From: Candidatus Multivoradales bacterium
GTDB taxonomy: Bacteria > Acidobacteriota > Thermoanaerobaculia > Multivoradales > J023
Direction of reading: 5' to 3'
NCBI GenBank assembly: GCA_965248925.1
Contig: CBDFLE010000005.1
Location: 2,112,001-2,176,000, forward strand
Length of the DNA stretch: 64,000 nt
The notes beneath the pieces are model-generated. The model had not been told where the DNA came from, did no database searches, and worked only from the letters and a program-made list of their open reading frames with translations. Position numbers and translations under genes: made by a program. Positions 38,175 to 48,148 of this stretch are shown here, in pieces; within the stretch, counting starts at the first letter, position 1, and each line of letters begins with the position of its first letter.

Positions 38175-38389
38175 CTGGCAGGCCGTCCGGCAAGTCGGCG
38201 AAGCTCCTCCAGATCGCCTTCCCAAGGTGCCCTCCCCCGGAAGCCGAGCAGCTTCTTAGCTTGCTTGCGCCGCCCAAAGTCGCGCAATGCGAGGTTGATC
38301 ACCTCGGTCTTGTTGAGACCGTGGGCATGCTGCATCGCCAAGGCCAAGGCCTCGGCGTCGAGATTGAGGGTCGTCCGAGCGGCTTTCAT
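38171..38389 (-). CDS. vapB: VapB antitoxin
   Basis: RTTLNLD..KTEVINLAL..WEGDLEELR; GGAGG RBS. Confidence 0.88.
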   Translation of the reverse strand: MKAARTTLNLDAEALALAMQHAHGLNKTEVINLALRDFGRRKQAKKLLGFRGRAPWEGDLEELRRLAGRPAS

Positions 38390-38464
38390 TGATCTGTATC
38401 CTCCATGCAGACGATACCTCGTATGGAGCAGGTCGTCAATTCAGTACCTGACCTTGTAGGCCGA

Positions 38465-39667
38465 CTAGAAGAACCAGGCCAGTCGCAGAGTCAGAAAATC
38501 ATCGTTCTGGATCGCGAAAAGAGGATCGTCAGCGTCGGCACCGCTGAAGACCCGCGCCTCGACGGCGAAGGTCCAGCCGTCGGCGAGGCGCCTCTCTCCC
38601 TCGGCAAAGTAGGCGCTGCCGCCTCCCTCGCGGTCAACTACTACCCCCGCCAGCAGGGAGCTGTCGTGGATGTCGTTCAACGCCCAGCGAGCGCCGACGA
38701 AGATGTCGTCGTCAAAAAAGGTCACCGGCGCCGAGGAATCACGACCGTCGACCAACAGCTCGACCAACACCCCCAGATCGCTAGCGCCGCTGCCAAGCTG
38801 GTAGAAGGTGTACTCAAGACCCGCCACCGCAGCAGCGAAGGTCTTGCCCTGCCCTTGACGGCCGATCGCTTCGAGCTTCCACAGCCAGGCGTTGTGGGTG
38901 TACTGCAAATCGACCCCCACTTGCTGAACCAGATCGTAGAAAGGCAGCAGAGCGCGCCCTTCAATCGTCGACAGCAAGCGTGGCTCGCGACCGGTGCCGC
39001 GGAAATAGTAGGCGCCAAAATCCCAATCGCCAAGGTAATGCGAATAGCGCAGGGCCAGGTCGAGATGCCCATCCTCGGCACTCGACTCGTAGAGCGGCCG
39101 ATCGCTGTCGACCGCCAAGGGTGGCCGCAGTCGCCCTTCCTCGCCGGCAAAGGTGCGCTCGCGAAAGGCCGGCATGACGAACAGGCTCAATGTTCCCCAG
39201 TCTCGCTGAGTACTCAGCCGCACCATCGGCTGGCCCAGCTTGTCTTCGCCATCGACCTCTTCCACCGCATCGGTCTGATTGATCACGTCCACCAAGTGGA
39301 GGGACTCGGTGACTCCCCAAAAAACCTTGTCAATCCCTACTGTCAGCTCCCAAGAATCGGCGATGTAGAGCCAATATGCCTCGCGCAGGTCGAAGTGGGT
39401 GCGCTCGTCGTCGTTGCCGTCGAGGCGTAGAAAAGGAATGAAGCTCAGCTTGTGGCGTCCTTCCTCAGAGGTGTAGCGCCACTCTGGTTGCAGGGTCAAC
39501 GAGGGCTGGGTTGACTCACTGTCTTGCCCGGCAAAGACCGGATCGGCGGCAAAGACGCGCAGTTCCAGGGCTGCCGAACCGGACCAGCGTAGTTCACCTG
39601 ACCCAGCCGACGACACAGAGGTAGAGGCCAGCAACAGGGCGGCAACCACCTTCCCTGGGCGATGCAT
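38465..39667 (-). CDS. Putative outer-membrane beta-barrel protein
   Basis: Signal peptide, amphipathic strands, C-terminal Phe, VFWG..HLVDVINQ motif; lies downstream of the LolA-like gene. Confidence 0.8.
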   Translation of the reverse strand: MHRPGKVVAALLLASTSVSSAGSGELRWSGSAALELRVFAADPVFAGQDSESTQPSLTLQPEWRYTSEEGRHKLSFIPFLRLDGNDDERTHFDLREAYWLYIADSWELTVGIDKVFWGVTESLHLVDVINQTDAVEEVDGEDKLGQPMVRLSTQRDWGTLSLFVMPAFRERTFAGEEGRLRPPLAVDSDRPLYESSAEDGHLDLALRYSHYLGDWDFGAYYFRGTGREPRLLSTIEGRALLPFYDLVQQVGVDLQYTHNAWLWKLEAIGRQGQGKTFAAAVAGLEYTFYQLGSGASDLGVLVELLVDGRDSSAPVTFFDDDIFVGARWALNDIHDSSLLAGVVVDREGGGSAYFAEGERRLADGWTFAVEARVFSGADADDPLFAIQNDDFLTLRLAWFF

Positions 39668-39681
39668 GCTCGTATTCCTCT

Positions 39682-40512
39682 TCAGCGGATCCGCCGCAAG
39701 ACGCCTTGGGTAAAGTCCTTATTCTCGAGGCCGACGGAAAACTGGTAATCGGAATAGACCAGATCTGTGCTCTTGCCGCTTTTGTGATTGACCATGTGCA
39801 AGGTGTGGGCTCGCCAATAGCTTTCTCGATGCAGCCGATAATCCTCCAGAGTCAGAGTCTTTAGCAGATCACCTCGCCGGTCGTAGAATTCCACTTGACG
39901 AATCTGAAAACACTGCTGATCGACCCAAGCGATCTGCCGGGTGTAGCCCGAATGCTCATAGCGCGGCAGGCGTTCGATCACGTCGCAAGTGAGCGACGCG
40001 CAGGGTTCGCTGCGCAAGTATTTGTAGGTGAACTTGTTGAGCTCGAGGGAGGTGAAATCTTCGAAAGCGAACTCACTGCCAACGAAAGGCCCCGACTTGT
40101 TGGCCGAGGAGATCCGTTTCACCCGCTTCAACGCCGGTAGGTAGAGCCACTGGTCGTCCGGCTCGAGAATCTTGGCATGGGACAGCAGTGCGGTGCCGGA
40201 GATATCTGCCGGGCTGGTGAAAATCGTCAGACTCTTGTCGCCGACATCTTCGGCCGCTACTTCCAGGGTCTTGATCGACAACGAGCGGGTGCTCTCGGCG
40301 CCGGCGGCGTTGCGCAAAACCATCTTCAAGTCGACACTGGTATCACCGAAACCGCGATCGCTGCGATCGCTGCGCGCGGCGATCGCAAAGCCCTTCTCCG
40401 CCGCCGTCTGGCCGGCTGCCATAGCCGGCAGGATTAGCAACAGGGCCACAGGAATGAACGCCACGGGCGCAGAAACAAATTCAGCTAGCTTTGGCCAGTG
40501 CAATATCTTCAT
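39682..40512 (-). CDS. Outer-membrane lipoprotein-sorting (LolA-like) protein
   Basis: DDQWLYLPALKRVKRISSANKSGPFVGSEFAFED signature. Confidence 0.9.
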   Translation of the reverse strand: MKILHWPKLAEFVSAPVAFIPVALLLILPAMAAGQTAAEKGFAIAARSDRSDRGFGDTSVDLKMVLRNAAGAESTRSLSIKTLEVAAEDVGDKSLTIFTSPADISGTALLSHAKILEPDDQWLYLPALKRVKRISSANKSGPFVGSEFAFEDFTSLELNKFTYKYLRSEPCASLTCDVIERLPRYEHSGYTRQIAWVDQQCFQIRQVEFYDRRGDLLKTLTLEDYRLHRESYWRAHTLHMVNHKSGKSTDLVYSDYQFSVGLENKDFTQGVLRRIR

Positions 40513-42832
40513 CGACAAGTCCTTTCGCGTCGTCTTCTTGGCGGTGCCCGAGCATGAGGATCGCCGGTACCAGTAGAAAGTCAACCGCCAGTGCGGCGAG
40601 AATGGTGAGAGCAGTGAGCAGCCCCATCTCCGAATTGATCCGAAAGGTCGAGGCGGCAAGCACGGCGAAACCGACCGAGAGCACCACCGTGGTGATGACT
40701 ATCGGTTTGCCGACGGTGGCAAAGGCGTAGTGAATTGCTTGCGGTATCGGCAGCCCTTTCTCGCGCCGAGCGCGCCGGTATTTGGTCAAGAAATGAACCG
40801 TATCGTCAACCACGATGCCCAGCGAGGTGCTGGTCACGGTAGCCGCCGCCATTCCGACCTGGCCTACAAATATAGCCCAAAAGCCAAAAGCCATGAGGAT
40901 CGGCACTGCATTCGATACCAGGCTTAGGGCCGCCAATCCGCGGCTGCGCAAGGCCAGCAACATGATACCTCCGATCAGCAACACGGCAAGGACGTTGCCG
41001 CGCAGCATGCTCTGGATATTGCGCTTCGAGATGTGGGAGAACATAACCACCGGACCGGTGCCCTTGGCCTGCATGGTCGGCGGCACCTGGTCCACCAGCC
41101 ACTGCTCCGCGCGGTCGACGAAGGCGCGGGTGTCGACCGTCGACAGATCCGCCAAGGTCACCGTGACTCGGGTCGCCGACTTGTCGAGGCTGATGCGGTC
41201 GTTCAGATCGAGACCGTAAGGCAGGGACAACTCGTAGAGCAGTAGATACTGCGCCGCCAATCTTGAATCTCCAGGCAGACGGTACCAAGACGGGTCGTCG
41301 CCGTGCAGGTTCTTGTTGAGCCGGCGGACGATATCGGCGTAGCTGAAAACATGGCGCACTTCCGGCTGCTCGCGCAACCACTCGGCAAAGGCCGAGAGAT
41401 GGCGCAGATATCGCGGCTCACTGATGCCCTCCGGCTGACCTGAAGGCAAAGGGAAGTCGACCACGTAGACGCCGCTCAGATTCTCGACCACGAACTCGGT
41501 GTCGTTGCGGAAGTCCGTTCGGCGATCAAAGTACTTGGTCCACTCGTCGTTGAGCTCGATGGTCGGCACCAGCGCTAACAGCACGAGCGACAAGACCCCC
41601 ATGAAAATCAGCATCGGCCGATGGCGAGTCGTTACCCAACGGCCCAGGCGCTCCAGCCAGGTATCGAGCCCAGAGGGGCGCGCCACCCGAGTCATCTTCA
41701 TCGGCAACAGGCATACCAGAGCCGGTAGCAGGGTCATCGACAGTAGCCAAGCAGAACCGATGCCGAAAGCTGTGATATTGCCCAGGTGCCAAAAAGGAGG
41801 CGTGTCCGAGAAATTCAAGGTCAGGAAGCCGACGATGGTGGTCAGACTGGTGATCGAGACCGCCATGAAGTTGATCCGGAAGCTCTCCCGCAACGCAGAG
41901 ATCTTCTCCAGCCCCGAGCGTTGGAGAGTCCGCATCGAAAGCAGGATATGCACACTGTCGGCGATCGCCAGAGTGAGAATGATGGTCGGAGCCATCAACG
42001 AAAGGGGGCTGAGTCTGATGCCTACCCAGCCAGCAAAACCGAGCGCGGCCAGGGTTGAGAATGCAATCACCACCAGCGTTGCCAGCGTGCCCCCTATCGA
42101 ACGCAGAGTGATCAACATCCCCAGGATCAAGACCAGATACATGAAAGGCACCAGGGTCATGGCGTCGTTTTGGCCCGATTCGGCAAACGCATTGTTGAGC
42201 ATCGTGACGCCGGAAATCGCCACCTGCAAACGCGGATAGTCCGCCTCCAGATCGGCCGCGATCTGGCGCGCGGCGGCGGCGGCGGCGGGTACCTCTGAGA
42301 GGCTCAACTGCGGGAACTGCAAGGTCACGTTGACCCCGGTGGTGCGCCCATCGAGAGACACCAACTTGCCCCGCAACAGCGGCTCGGCAAACACCACCTC
42401 GCGCCGCGCGGCGAGCTCTTCCGACGACATCATCGCCGCGTCGCGAATCAGATCCTCCACCGTCAAGTCATCGCCATCCGCCCAACTGTGTTGAAAGTTG
42501 GTCAGCGAATCGACCCGCGAGGTAAACGGGATCTGCCAAGACTCGGTGGTCAGTCGCTCAATCGCCGATGCCACCTCGGGGGTGAAGACATCGCCTTCCT
42601 CGGGTCGCAGGGCGAACAAGATGTTGTCGGTCTTGGTGTAGGTGTCCTGCAGCGCCTCGAAGGCCGCCAGTTCCGGATTGCCTTCACTGAAAAAGTCCTT
42701 GTAGTTGTTCGACATCTCGAGCAAACGGACGCCGCTACCAACAGCCAGCACCCCGGCTATCGCTACCCCGATCACCCACCAAGGGCGCCGGGCGATGAAG
42801 TCAAATAGGCGCAGCGTCAATCGATCGGTCAT
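40481..42832 (-). CDS. MMPL/RND-superfamily transporter permease
   Basis: Two repeats with LAIADSVH and LGIVVDDTVH; about 12 TMs. Confidence 0.92.
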   Translation of the reverse strand: MTDRLTLRLFDFIARRPWWVIGVAIAGVLAVGSGVRLLEMSNNYKDFFSEGNPELAAFEALQDTYTKTDNILFALRPEEGDVFTPEVASAIERLTTESWQIPFTSRVDSLTNFQHSWADGDDLTVEDLIRDAAMMSSEELAARREVVFAEPLLRGKLVSLDGRTTGVNVTLQFPQLSLSEVPAAAAAARQIAADLEADYPRLQVAISGVTMLNNAFAESGQNDAMTLVPFMYLVLILGMLITLRSIGGTLATLVVIAFSTLAALGFAGWVGIRLSPLSLMAPTIILTLAIADSVHILLSMRTLQRSGLEKISALRESFRINFMAVSITSLTTIVGFLTLNFSDTPPFWHLGNITAFGIGSAWLLSMTLLPALVCLLPMKMTRVARPSGLDTWLERLGRWVTTRHRPMLIFMGVLSLVLLALVPTIELNDEWTKYFDRRTDFRNDTEFVVENLSGVYVVDFPLPSGQPEGISEPRYLRHLSAFAEWLREQPEVRHVFSYADIVRRLNKNLHGDDPSWYRLPGDSRLAAQYLLLYELSLPYGLDLNDRISLDKSATRVTVTLADLSTVDTRAFVDRAEQWLVDQVPPTMQAKGTGPVVMFSHISKRNIQSMLRGNVLAVLLIGGIMLLALRSRGLAALSLVSNAVPILMAFGFWAIFVGQVGMAAATVTSTSLGIVVDDTVHFLTKYRRARREKGLPIPQAIHYAFATVGKPIVITTVVLSVGFAVLAASTFRINSEMGLLTALTILAALAVDFLLVPAILMLGHRQEDDAKGLVDEDIALAKAS

Positions 42833-42987
42833 ACTTCAGACTCCCACAAGGCGTTCCTGGCGGCTGACATTGGTGACCTGTAGCAGAGGTTCCATCGAGC
42901 CTCTGCGTGGCCGCGACGCCCAATGAACACAACTGATTGCTCCAGCGCTGGGTCGGGTTCGAATCTTCGGACTCTCAGCATGACTCG

Positions 42988-43016
42988 AATATGACCATTC
43001 TGAAATCTGCGGTCAA
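42988..43016 (-). promoter_or_regulatory. Sigma70-type promoter overlapped by a TGACC..GGTCA inverted repeat
   Basis: Minus-strand TTGACC-N17-CATATT upstream of the MMPL operon. Confidence 0.5.
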
Positions 43017-43179
43017 GCCTCTACCCGCTGGGATGAATCGCGGAATGGCTGAAACCCAAGCCCGCGGTCAGCGTAGGGGCGGTAGAACCGATCTACTGCT
43101 GAGCTGCCGCCCTTCCTGCCACGGAGCCGGCAAGCTAACCGCAACAGCAGCGGCAGCGTCTAATCGGTGAAAGGACCCA

Positions 43180-45606
43180 ATGACGATGACAAAAAACTGG
43201 ACCCGAGACGTTCGCCATGCCCTCCGCGCCCTGCTTCGCAATCCCAGCTTCGCCCTGGTGGCGATCGGCACCTTGGGGCTCGCCATCGGCGCCAACGCTG
43301 GGATCTTCTGCGTTGTCCAGACGGTGCTGCTCGATCCACTGCCGTTCGCCAACACCGACCGTCTGGTGTATATCGCCGCTTCGGCGCCGGGCTCCGACTT
43401 CCCCGAGGAATTCCCGGCGGCGGCAGAGTTCTTCGTCCAGTACCAGGAGCAGAGCAATCTGCTGCAAGACATCTCGACCTACAACTCCTTCACCAGCACC
43501 CTGCGGGCCGAGGATCGGATCGAGAGGATCAGGATGTCCTCGCCCACCTCGACACTGTTCAGCACCCTCGGGGTGACCCCGATCCACGGCCGCATGCCGA
43601 TGGCCGAAGACGGCGATGAAGTAGTGGTGATCAGCCACGCGCTGTGGACCTCTTGGTTCGCCTCCGACCCCGAGGTCATCGGTCGGAGCTACTACGTGTC
43701 GGGGCAACAGCGCACCGTGATCGGCATCATGGGGCCCAAATTCTGGTTCCCGACCGACGACACCTTGCTGTGGTTTCCGCGGGTCATTCGCCCCGAGGAA
43801 ATCCGCCCTGGCCGCTTTGGCCAGCCTTTGGTGGCCCGTCTGGCGCCGGGCGCCACAGCGGAAGCGTTGGCCACCGAACTGCAAGGCCTCGCCCTCCGCC
43901 TGCCAGAGCGATTTGGTAGCTCGGCTTCCTATGACCGGGTGATCGAACAACACCGCCCGGTGGTGCGATCGCTCAATGAGCAGCTTCTCGGCTCGATCTC
44001 CGGCCCGCTGTGGATCTTGCTCGGTTCGATGGCTATCGTCTTGATGATCGCCTGCGCCAGCGTCGCCAACCTATTCATGGTCCGCGCCGAGCGCCGGCTA
44101 CCTGACTTGGCCGTGCGCCGCGCCTTGGGCGCCGATCGTGGGCGCTTGATTTTCTCCATGTTGACCGAAGCGGCGGTCGTCGCCGGTCTGGCGGGGACAC
44201 TGGCAGTCGCCCTCGCCTGGGCCGGGGTACCGCTGCTGCTGAGCGCCGCGCCGGCTAACCTGCCGCGCCTCGGCGAGGTCGCGATCAGGCCCGGTACGCT
44301 GCTCTTCACCTTTTTACTCTGCGCCTACTGCGCTCTGGTCTGCGGCCTGGTGCCGGCCATCCGTTTCTCGGCACCGAGCCTGATGCAGCTGCGCCAGGGA
44401 GGGCGCGGCTCGATGCGGCGCCGCTGGGGACGCAACGGCCTGGTGATCGCCCAGACCGCGCTGGCCCTGGTGCTGTTGATCGGTTCGGCCCTGCTGCTGC
44501 GAAGTTTCGACAAGTTGCGCCATGTCGATCCCGGTTACGACACCAAAGACATCTTCACCTTCCAGATCGCTCCCGACAGCGAAGAACTCCACGACGCCCC
44601 GACTTTCGCCCGCTTCCATTTGTCGTTCATGGATCGGGTGGCGGCGTTGCCAGGGATCGAGCGAGTGGGCATCGTCGAGAATGTGCCGTTGAACGAAGGT
44701 CTCTCCACCCACCGTTTCCGCACCCCGGACGGTAGTAGAGAAGAAGGCACCGGCACCCTGCTGAGTTACACCTGGGCGGCGGGAGAGTATTTTCGCAGCA
44801 TGGGCATCGACGTCCTGAGCGGTCGAGCCTTCACCCGCGCCGACCATGAGACCGAGTTCGGCAACATAATGATCAGCCGCTCAGCGGCCGCCCTGTTGTG
44901 GCCTGGCGAAGATCCGGTGGGCAAGCGTCTCCAGCCGGAGAGTTTAGAGCAGTGGGAGACCGTGGTCGGAGTAGTCGAAGACGTTCTGCAATACGGCTTT
45001 CGCCAAGCAGCAGAGCCGATGCTCTACTTCTCATTGGTCGGTCAGGATCCGGAGAATCGGCGCACCCTCTCCTCCCCCGCCTATGTCGTCAAGACCCCGC
45101 GGGCCGAACAGATCGCCCCCGAGATCCGCGCCCTGGTGCGCGAACTCGCCCCCTCCGCTCCGATGTACCGCATGTACACCATGGAGGGCCTGGCCGCCGA
45201 GTCGATGCTACAGCTCTCCTTCGCCACCCTGACCATCGGCTTGGCCTCAGTGCTGGCCTTGATCCTCGGCATCGTCGGGCTCTACGGCGTCCTCTCCTAT
45301 GCCGTCGCCGAACGCACCCGCGAGATCGGCCTGCGCATGGCGCTGGGAGCAGCGGCCAGCCGCGTACAGCGAATGATCGTGCAACAGGGAGCGCGAGTGC
45401 TGGTGATTGGCATCGCCATTGGCAGCGTCATCGCCTTCGTCGCCACCAGAGCCCTGGGCAGCTTACTCTTTGACGTCGAAGCCTTCGATTTCGGCACCTA
45501 CCTGGGGGTCTCTGCGCTGATGCTGGTGGTCGGCCTGGCGGCAAGCTACCTGCCGGCCCGGCGAGCGTCGAAAGTCGATCCGATCGTCTCGCTGCGGGCG
45601 GATTGA
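43180..45606 (+). CDS. ABC transporter permease, ADOP (duplicated MacB/FtsX) family
   Basis: DVRHALRALLRNPSF..LGLAIGANAGIF, ERTREIGLRMALGA, PARRASKVDPIVSLRAD. Confidence 0.93.
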   Translation: MTMTKNWTRDVRHALRALLRNPSFALVAIGTLGLAIGANAGIFCVVQTVLLDPLPFANTDRLVYIAASAPGSDFPEEFPAAAEFFVQYQEQSNLLQDISTYNSFTSTLRAEDRIERIRMSSPTSTLFSTLGVTPIHGRMPMAEDGDEVVVISHALWTSWFASDPEVIGRSYYVSGQQRTVIGIMGPKFWFPTDDTLLWFPRVIRPEEIRPGRFGQPLVARLAPGATAEALATELQGLALRLPERFGSSASYDRVIEQHRPVVRSLNEQLLGSISGPLWILLGSMAIVLMIACASVANLFMVRAERRLPDLAVRRALGADRGRLIFSMLTEAAVVAGLAGTLAVALAWAGVPLLLSAAPANLPRLGEVAIRPGTLLFTFLLCAYCALVCGLVPAIRFSAPSLMQLRQGGRGSMRRRWGRNGLVIAQTALALVLLIGSALLLRSFDKLRHVDPGYDTKDIFTFQIAPDSEELHDAPTFARFHLSFMDRVAALPGIERVGIVENVPLNEGLSTHRFRTPDGSREEGTGTLLSYTWAAGEYFRSMGIDVLSGRAFTRADHETEFGNIMISRSAAALLWPGEDPVGKRLQPESLEQWETVVGVVEDVLQYGFRQAAEPMLYFSLVGQDPENRRTLSSPAYVVKTPRAEQIAPEIRALVRELAPSAPMYRMYTMEGLAAESMLQLSFATLTIGLASVLALILGIVGLYGVLSYAVAERTREIGLRMALGAAASRVQRMIVQQGARVLVIGIAIGSVIAFVATRALGSLLFDVEAFDFGTYLGVSALMLVVGLAASYLPARRASKVDPIVSLRAD

Positions 45607-45751
45607 GATCTGCCAAGTGGACTGGATTCTGCGGCCCAAAGGGATAGCCCCCACGGCGATCGATAGAGTCCGAGAAGTCCCGCGAAATCGCCTGCGCCGA
45701 GGCGATGAAGGTCGCCGGGAAGAAAATTTCGCTTGCCTTCGCCAACCATAG

Positions 45752-46258
45752 CTACCCGCTGGATCGTTCCGGGGCCACGCACTCGTTTGCCAGACGCACC
45801 GCGCGGCTGACGAAACTCTCGATACCGGGCGGCAGATCGTTGGGTTCAAACCAGCGAGCTGAGAGGATCTCCCGCCCCAGGTCCAGCTCGCCGCCAGCGA
45901 GGCGGGCGTTGAAAACCACGGTGAGGTGGGAAGGGCGGATCTCGCGGCTGATCAACACCACCGCTCCCAGCTGGCACTTTAAGCCGGTCTCTTCTTCGAG
46001 TTCGCGCACGGCAGCTTGCCCCGGCGTTTCCCCACGACGCAACCAACCTCCCGGCAAACCCCACGGGTTCGGGTTATGGAAGACGTGCTCGAGAAGCAAG
46101 ACGCGGCCCTCCTCATCGAACATCACCACCAGCGCCCCCAGCCGGTGGCGCGGCACCACCAGCGCAGCCGCCAGGGCGAGCAATGACGGCATCGGCGGTC
46201 GTGCTATCCACCGGGCGAGACGCTGCTTGGTGGTTGAAGAAAGCTGAAACAAAGTCAT
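45752..46258 (-). CDS. NUDIX hydrolase
   Basis: Nudix box GGWLRRGETPGQAAVRELEEETGL; ATGA overlap with the GT4 gene. Confidence 0.9.
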   Translation of the reverse strand: MTLFQLSSTTKQRLARWIARPPMPSLLALAAALVVPRHRLGALVVMFDEEGRVLLLEHVFHNPNPWGLPGGWLRRGETPGQAAVRELEEETGLKCQLGAVVLISREIRPSHLTVVFNARLAGGELDLGREILSARWFEPNDLPPGIESFVSRAVRLANECVAPERSSG

Positions 46259-47400
46259 GGAGTCCGCGGAAGGTGGCTCGGCAGCGCCTCTTGATAAATC
46301 GCTCGCCAACGGGCCACGGAGGCCGCCAACGAGCAGGCACGACCACGCTGTTCGGCTGCCGAACGGACGGCCCGTGGATCCTCGCACAGCGCGGCGAGAA
46401 CCGCAGCCGCCAGTCCATCCGCGTCGCCAGGAGCCGCCAAATGGGGGCTGAACTCAGCCATCTGACCCACTTGTGTTCCAGCCACTGGGCAGCCGCAAGC
46501 GGCGGCTTCGAGAATCACCATGCACTGGCTCTCGAAGCGCGAGCTGACCAACAACAATCTCGCTCGGCGGTAAAATGCCGGTAGCCGCTCATGGCTCAGC
46601 GCGCCGTGAAAACGCACCCGACCGCCACAGCCAAGCAAGGCGGCGAGTTCTTCGAGGGTAGCTCGGCACTCCCCCTCCCCCACCAAGTGAAGAACCGCCC
46701 CGGGATGCACTGCGAGCACTGCGGGCAGGGCCTCGAGCAGCGTCCGGTGGTCTTTGACGGCGATCAGCGAGCCCACCGCTAGCAGTGCCGGATCTCCCTC
46801 CAAGGGTGGCTCAGAGGATTCTGGCCGAGTGTTGAAGAGTTCTATATCGATGCCGAGCGGAGCCTGGCGCAGACGCTCACTGGCCACTAGCGAGGCCATC
46901 GACGCAGCGAGCTGCCGCGAACCGACGGTGACTCGCGCCGCGCCGCCCAAAGCCCGCCGAGCAAGCCAACGATTGACTCTGCTGAGTTGGCCGCCGTAAC
47001 CGATCTCGGGCAACCCAACCAACTCACCACCCATCACCGAGGCCACCACCGGCACCCCTAGGCGGCGCCCACTCCACGCCGCCAGCGCACCGGGCTCATG
47101 GATCCACAGGGCATGCAGGATATCGAACGGGCGATGCCGCGCCGCACGCCGCAAACGCCGGTCGGCGGCCGCCAGCAGCGGCAGCCGCGCCAAACCGCGA
47201 TCCTCGGCTCCACCACTGGGGTGTACTTCGGCGCCAGCAACCCTGTAGGGCTGGCGATGGTGGGGATAGCGCAGCGGAAAAACCCGTACCGAATCATGGC
47301 GGGCCAGTTCGCGCACCAGGCCAAGGAGGGCCGGGATACACCAATCATCCTCAGCAGCGCTGAAACCGGGTACCACCAGGCCGATTTCGAGCCGCTTCAC
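46255..47400 (-). CDS. Glycosyltransferase family 4
   Basis: VGSLIAVKD and SSRFESQCMVILEAAACG. Confidence 0.92.
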   Translation of the reverse strand: MKRLEIGLVVPGFSAAEDDWCIPALLGLVRELARHDSVRVFPLRYPHHRQPYRVAGAEVHPSGGAEDRGLARLPLLAAADRRLRRAARHRPFDILHALWIHEPGALAAWSGRRLGVPVVASVMGGELVGLPEIGYGGQLSRVNRWLARRALGGAARVTVGSRQLAASMASLVASERLRQAPLGIDIELFNTRPESSEPPLEGDPALLAVGSLIAVKDHRTLLEALPAVLAVHPGAVLHLVGEGECRATLEELAALLGCGGRVRFHGALSHERLPAFYRRARLLLVSSRFESQCMVILEAAACGCPVAGTQVGQMAEFSPHLAAPGDADGLAAAVLAALCEDPRAVRSAAEQRGRACSLAASVARWRAIYQEALPSHLPRTP

Positions 47401-48143
47401 CGGTCATCCCGCCACAACCGCCAGCGCAGTGCCAGCAGCTCACCCAGGGCCCGGCCGACCACCGCGCCACGGGCGCCGGTGGGCTGGCCTGCTAGTCGCG
47501 GATGATGCCGCACCGGCAACTCGCGGATCAGCAGGCCGGCACTCCTCGCTCGCACAAGCCACTCGGCTGAAAACGTGGCGCCAGCCGCCTGGATCCGTGG
47601 CTCGATGGCGGCGAAAGCCTGGCGGTGGATGAGCTTGAAGGCGCAGTTGACATCGCTGGCAGCAACTCCGAAAAGCAGCCTGATCAACAGCGACCAAGTC
47701 TTGCCGAGCAACACCCGAGCAAGCCGATCGGAACGCGGCGCGCGGCGGCCGATGACCATGTCGGCCCAGTCGGCGGCGCTCAAGAAAGCCGGCAGGGCTT
47801 CGAGGTCGAACTGGCCATCGCTGTCCATCGACAGCAACAACCGGTGCCGACCGGCGCGTAAGGCGGTCAGGCAAGCGGCACCGTAGCCGCGGTTTTCCGG
47901 GTGTCTCTCGACTCGCAAGCAGGGATGCCTGTGGATCAACTCGGCCAACACCTCGGCAGTGTTGTCGCTAGAGCCATCGTCAACGACCACGATCTCGAAC
48001 GGTTCGATCACCGCCGCCGCTTGCCGCACCAAAGTGTCGATCAGCCGTGGCAGATTGCCGGCTTCGTTGTAGGCCGGCAAGCAGACCGACAGGCCACCAG
48101 CAGCAGCAGTCAAGGTACTCGGCTCTGAGTGGTCGCTGCCCAC
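47397..48143 (-). CDS. Glycosyltransferase family 2 (polyprenol-phosphate glycosyltransferase-like)
   Basis: LPAYNE, VVDDGSSD, NRGYG, MDSDGQ, DVNCAFK. Confidence 0.92.
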   Translation of the reverse strand: MGSDHSEPSTLTAAAGGLSVCLPAYNEAGNLPRLIDTLVRQAAAVIEPFEIVVVDDGSSDNTAEVLAELIHRHPCLRVERHPENRGYGAACLTALRAGRHRLLLSMDSDGQFDLEALPAFLSAADWADMVIGRRAPRSDRLARVLLGKTWSLLIRLLFGVAASDVNCAFKLIHRQAFAAIEPRIQAAGATFSAEWLVRARSAGLLIRELPVRHHPRLAGQPTGARGAVVGRALGELLALRWRLWRDDR

Positions 48144-48148
48144 GGTGT

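Noticed and set aside
38405-39430. Long antisense or alternate-frame ORFs (e.g. 38405..39430, 55562..56584, 59779..60897, 9219..10181, 63196..63936)
   Set aside because: They are shadow ORFs of well-supported genes in high-GC DNA and show no recognisable motifs.
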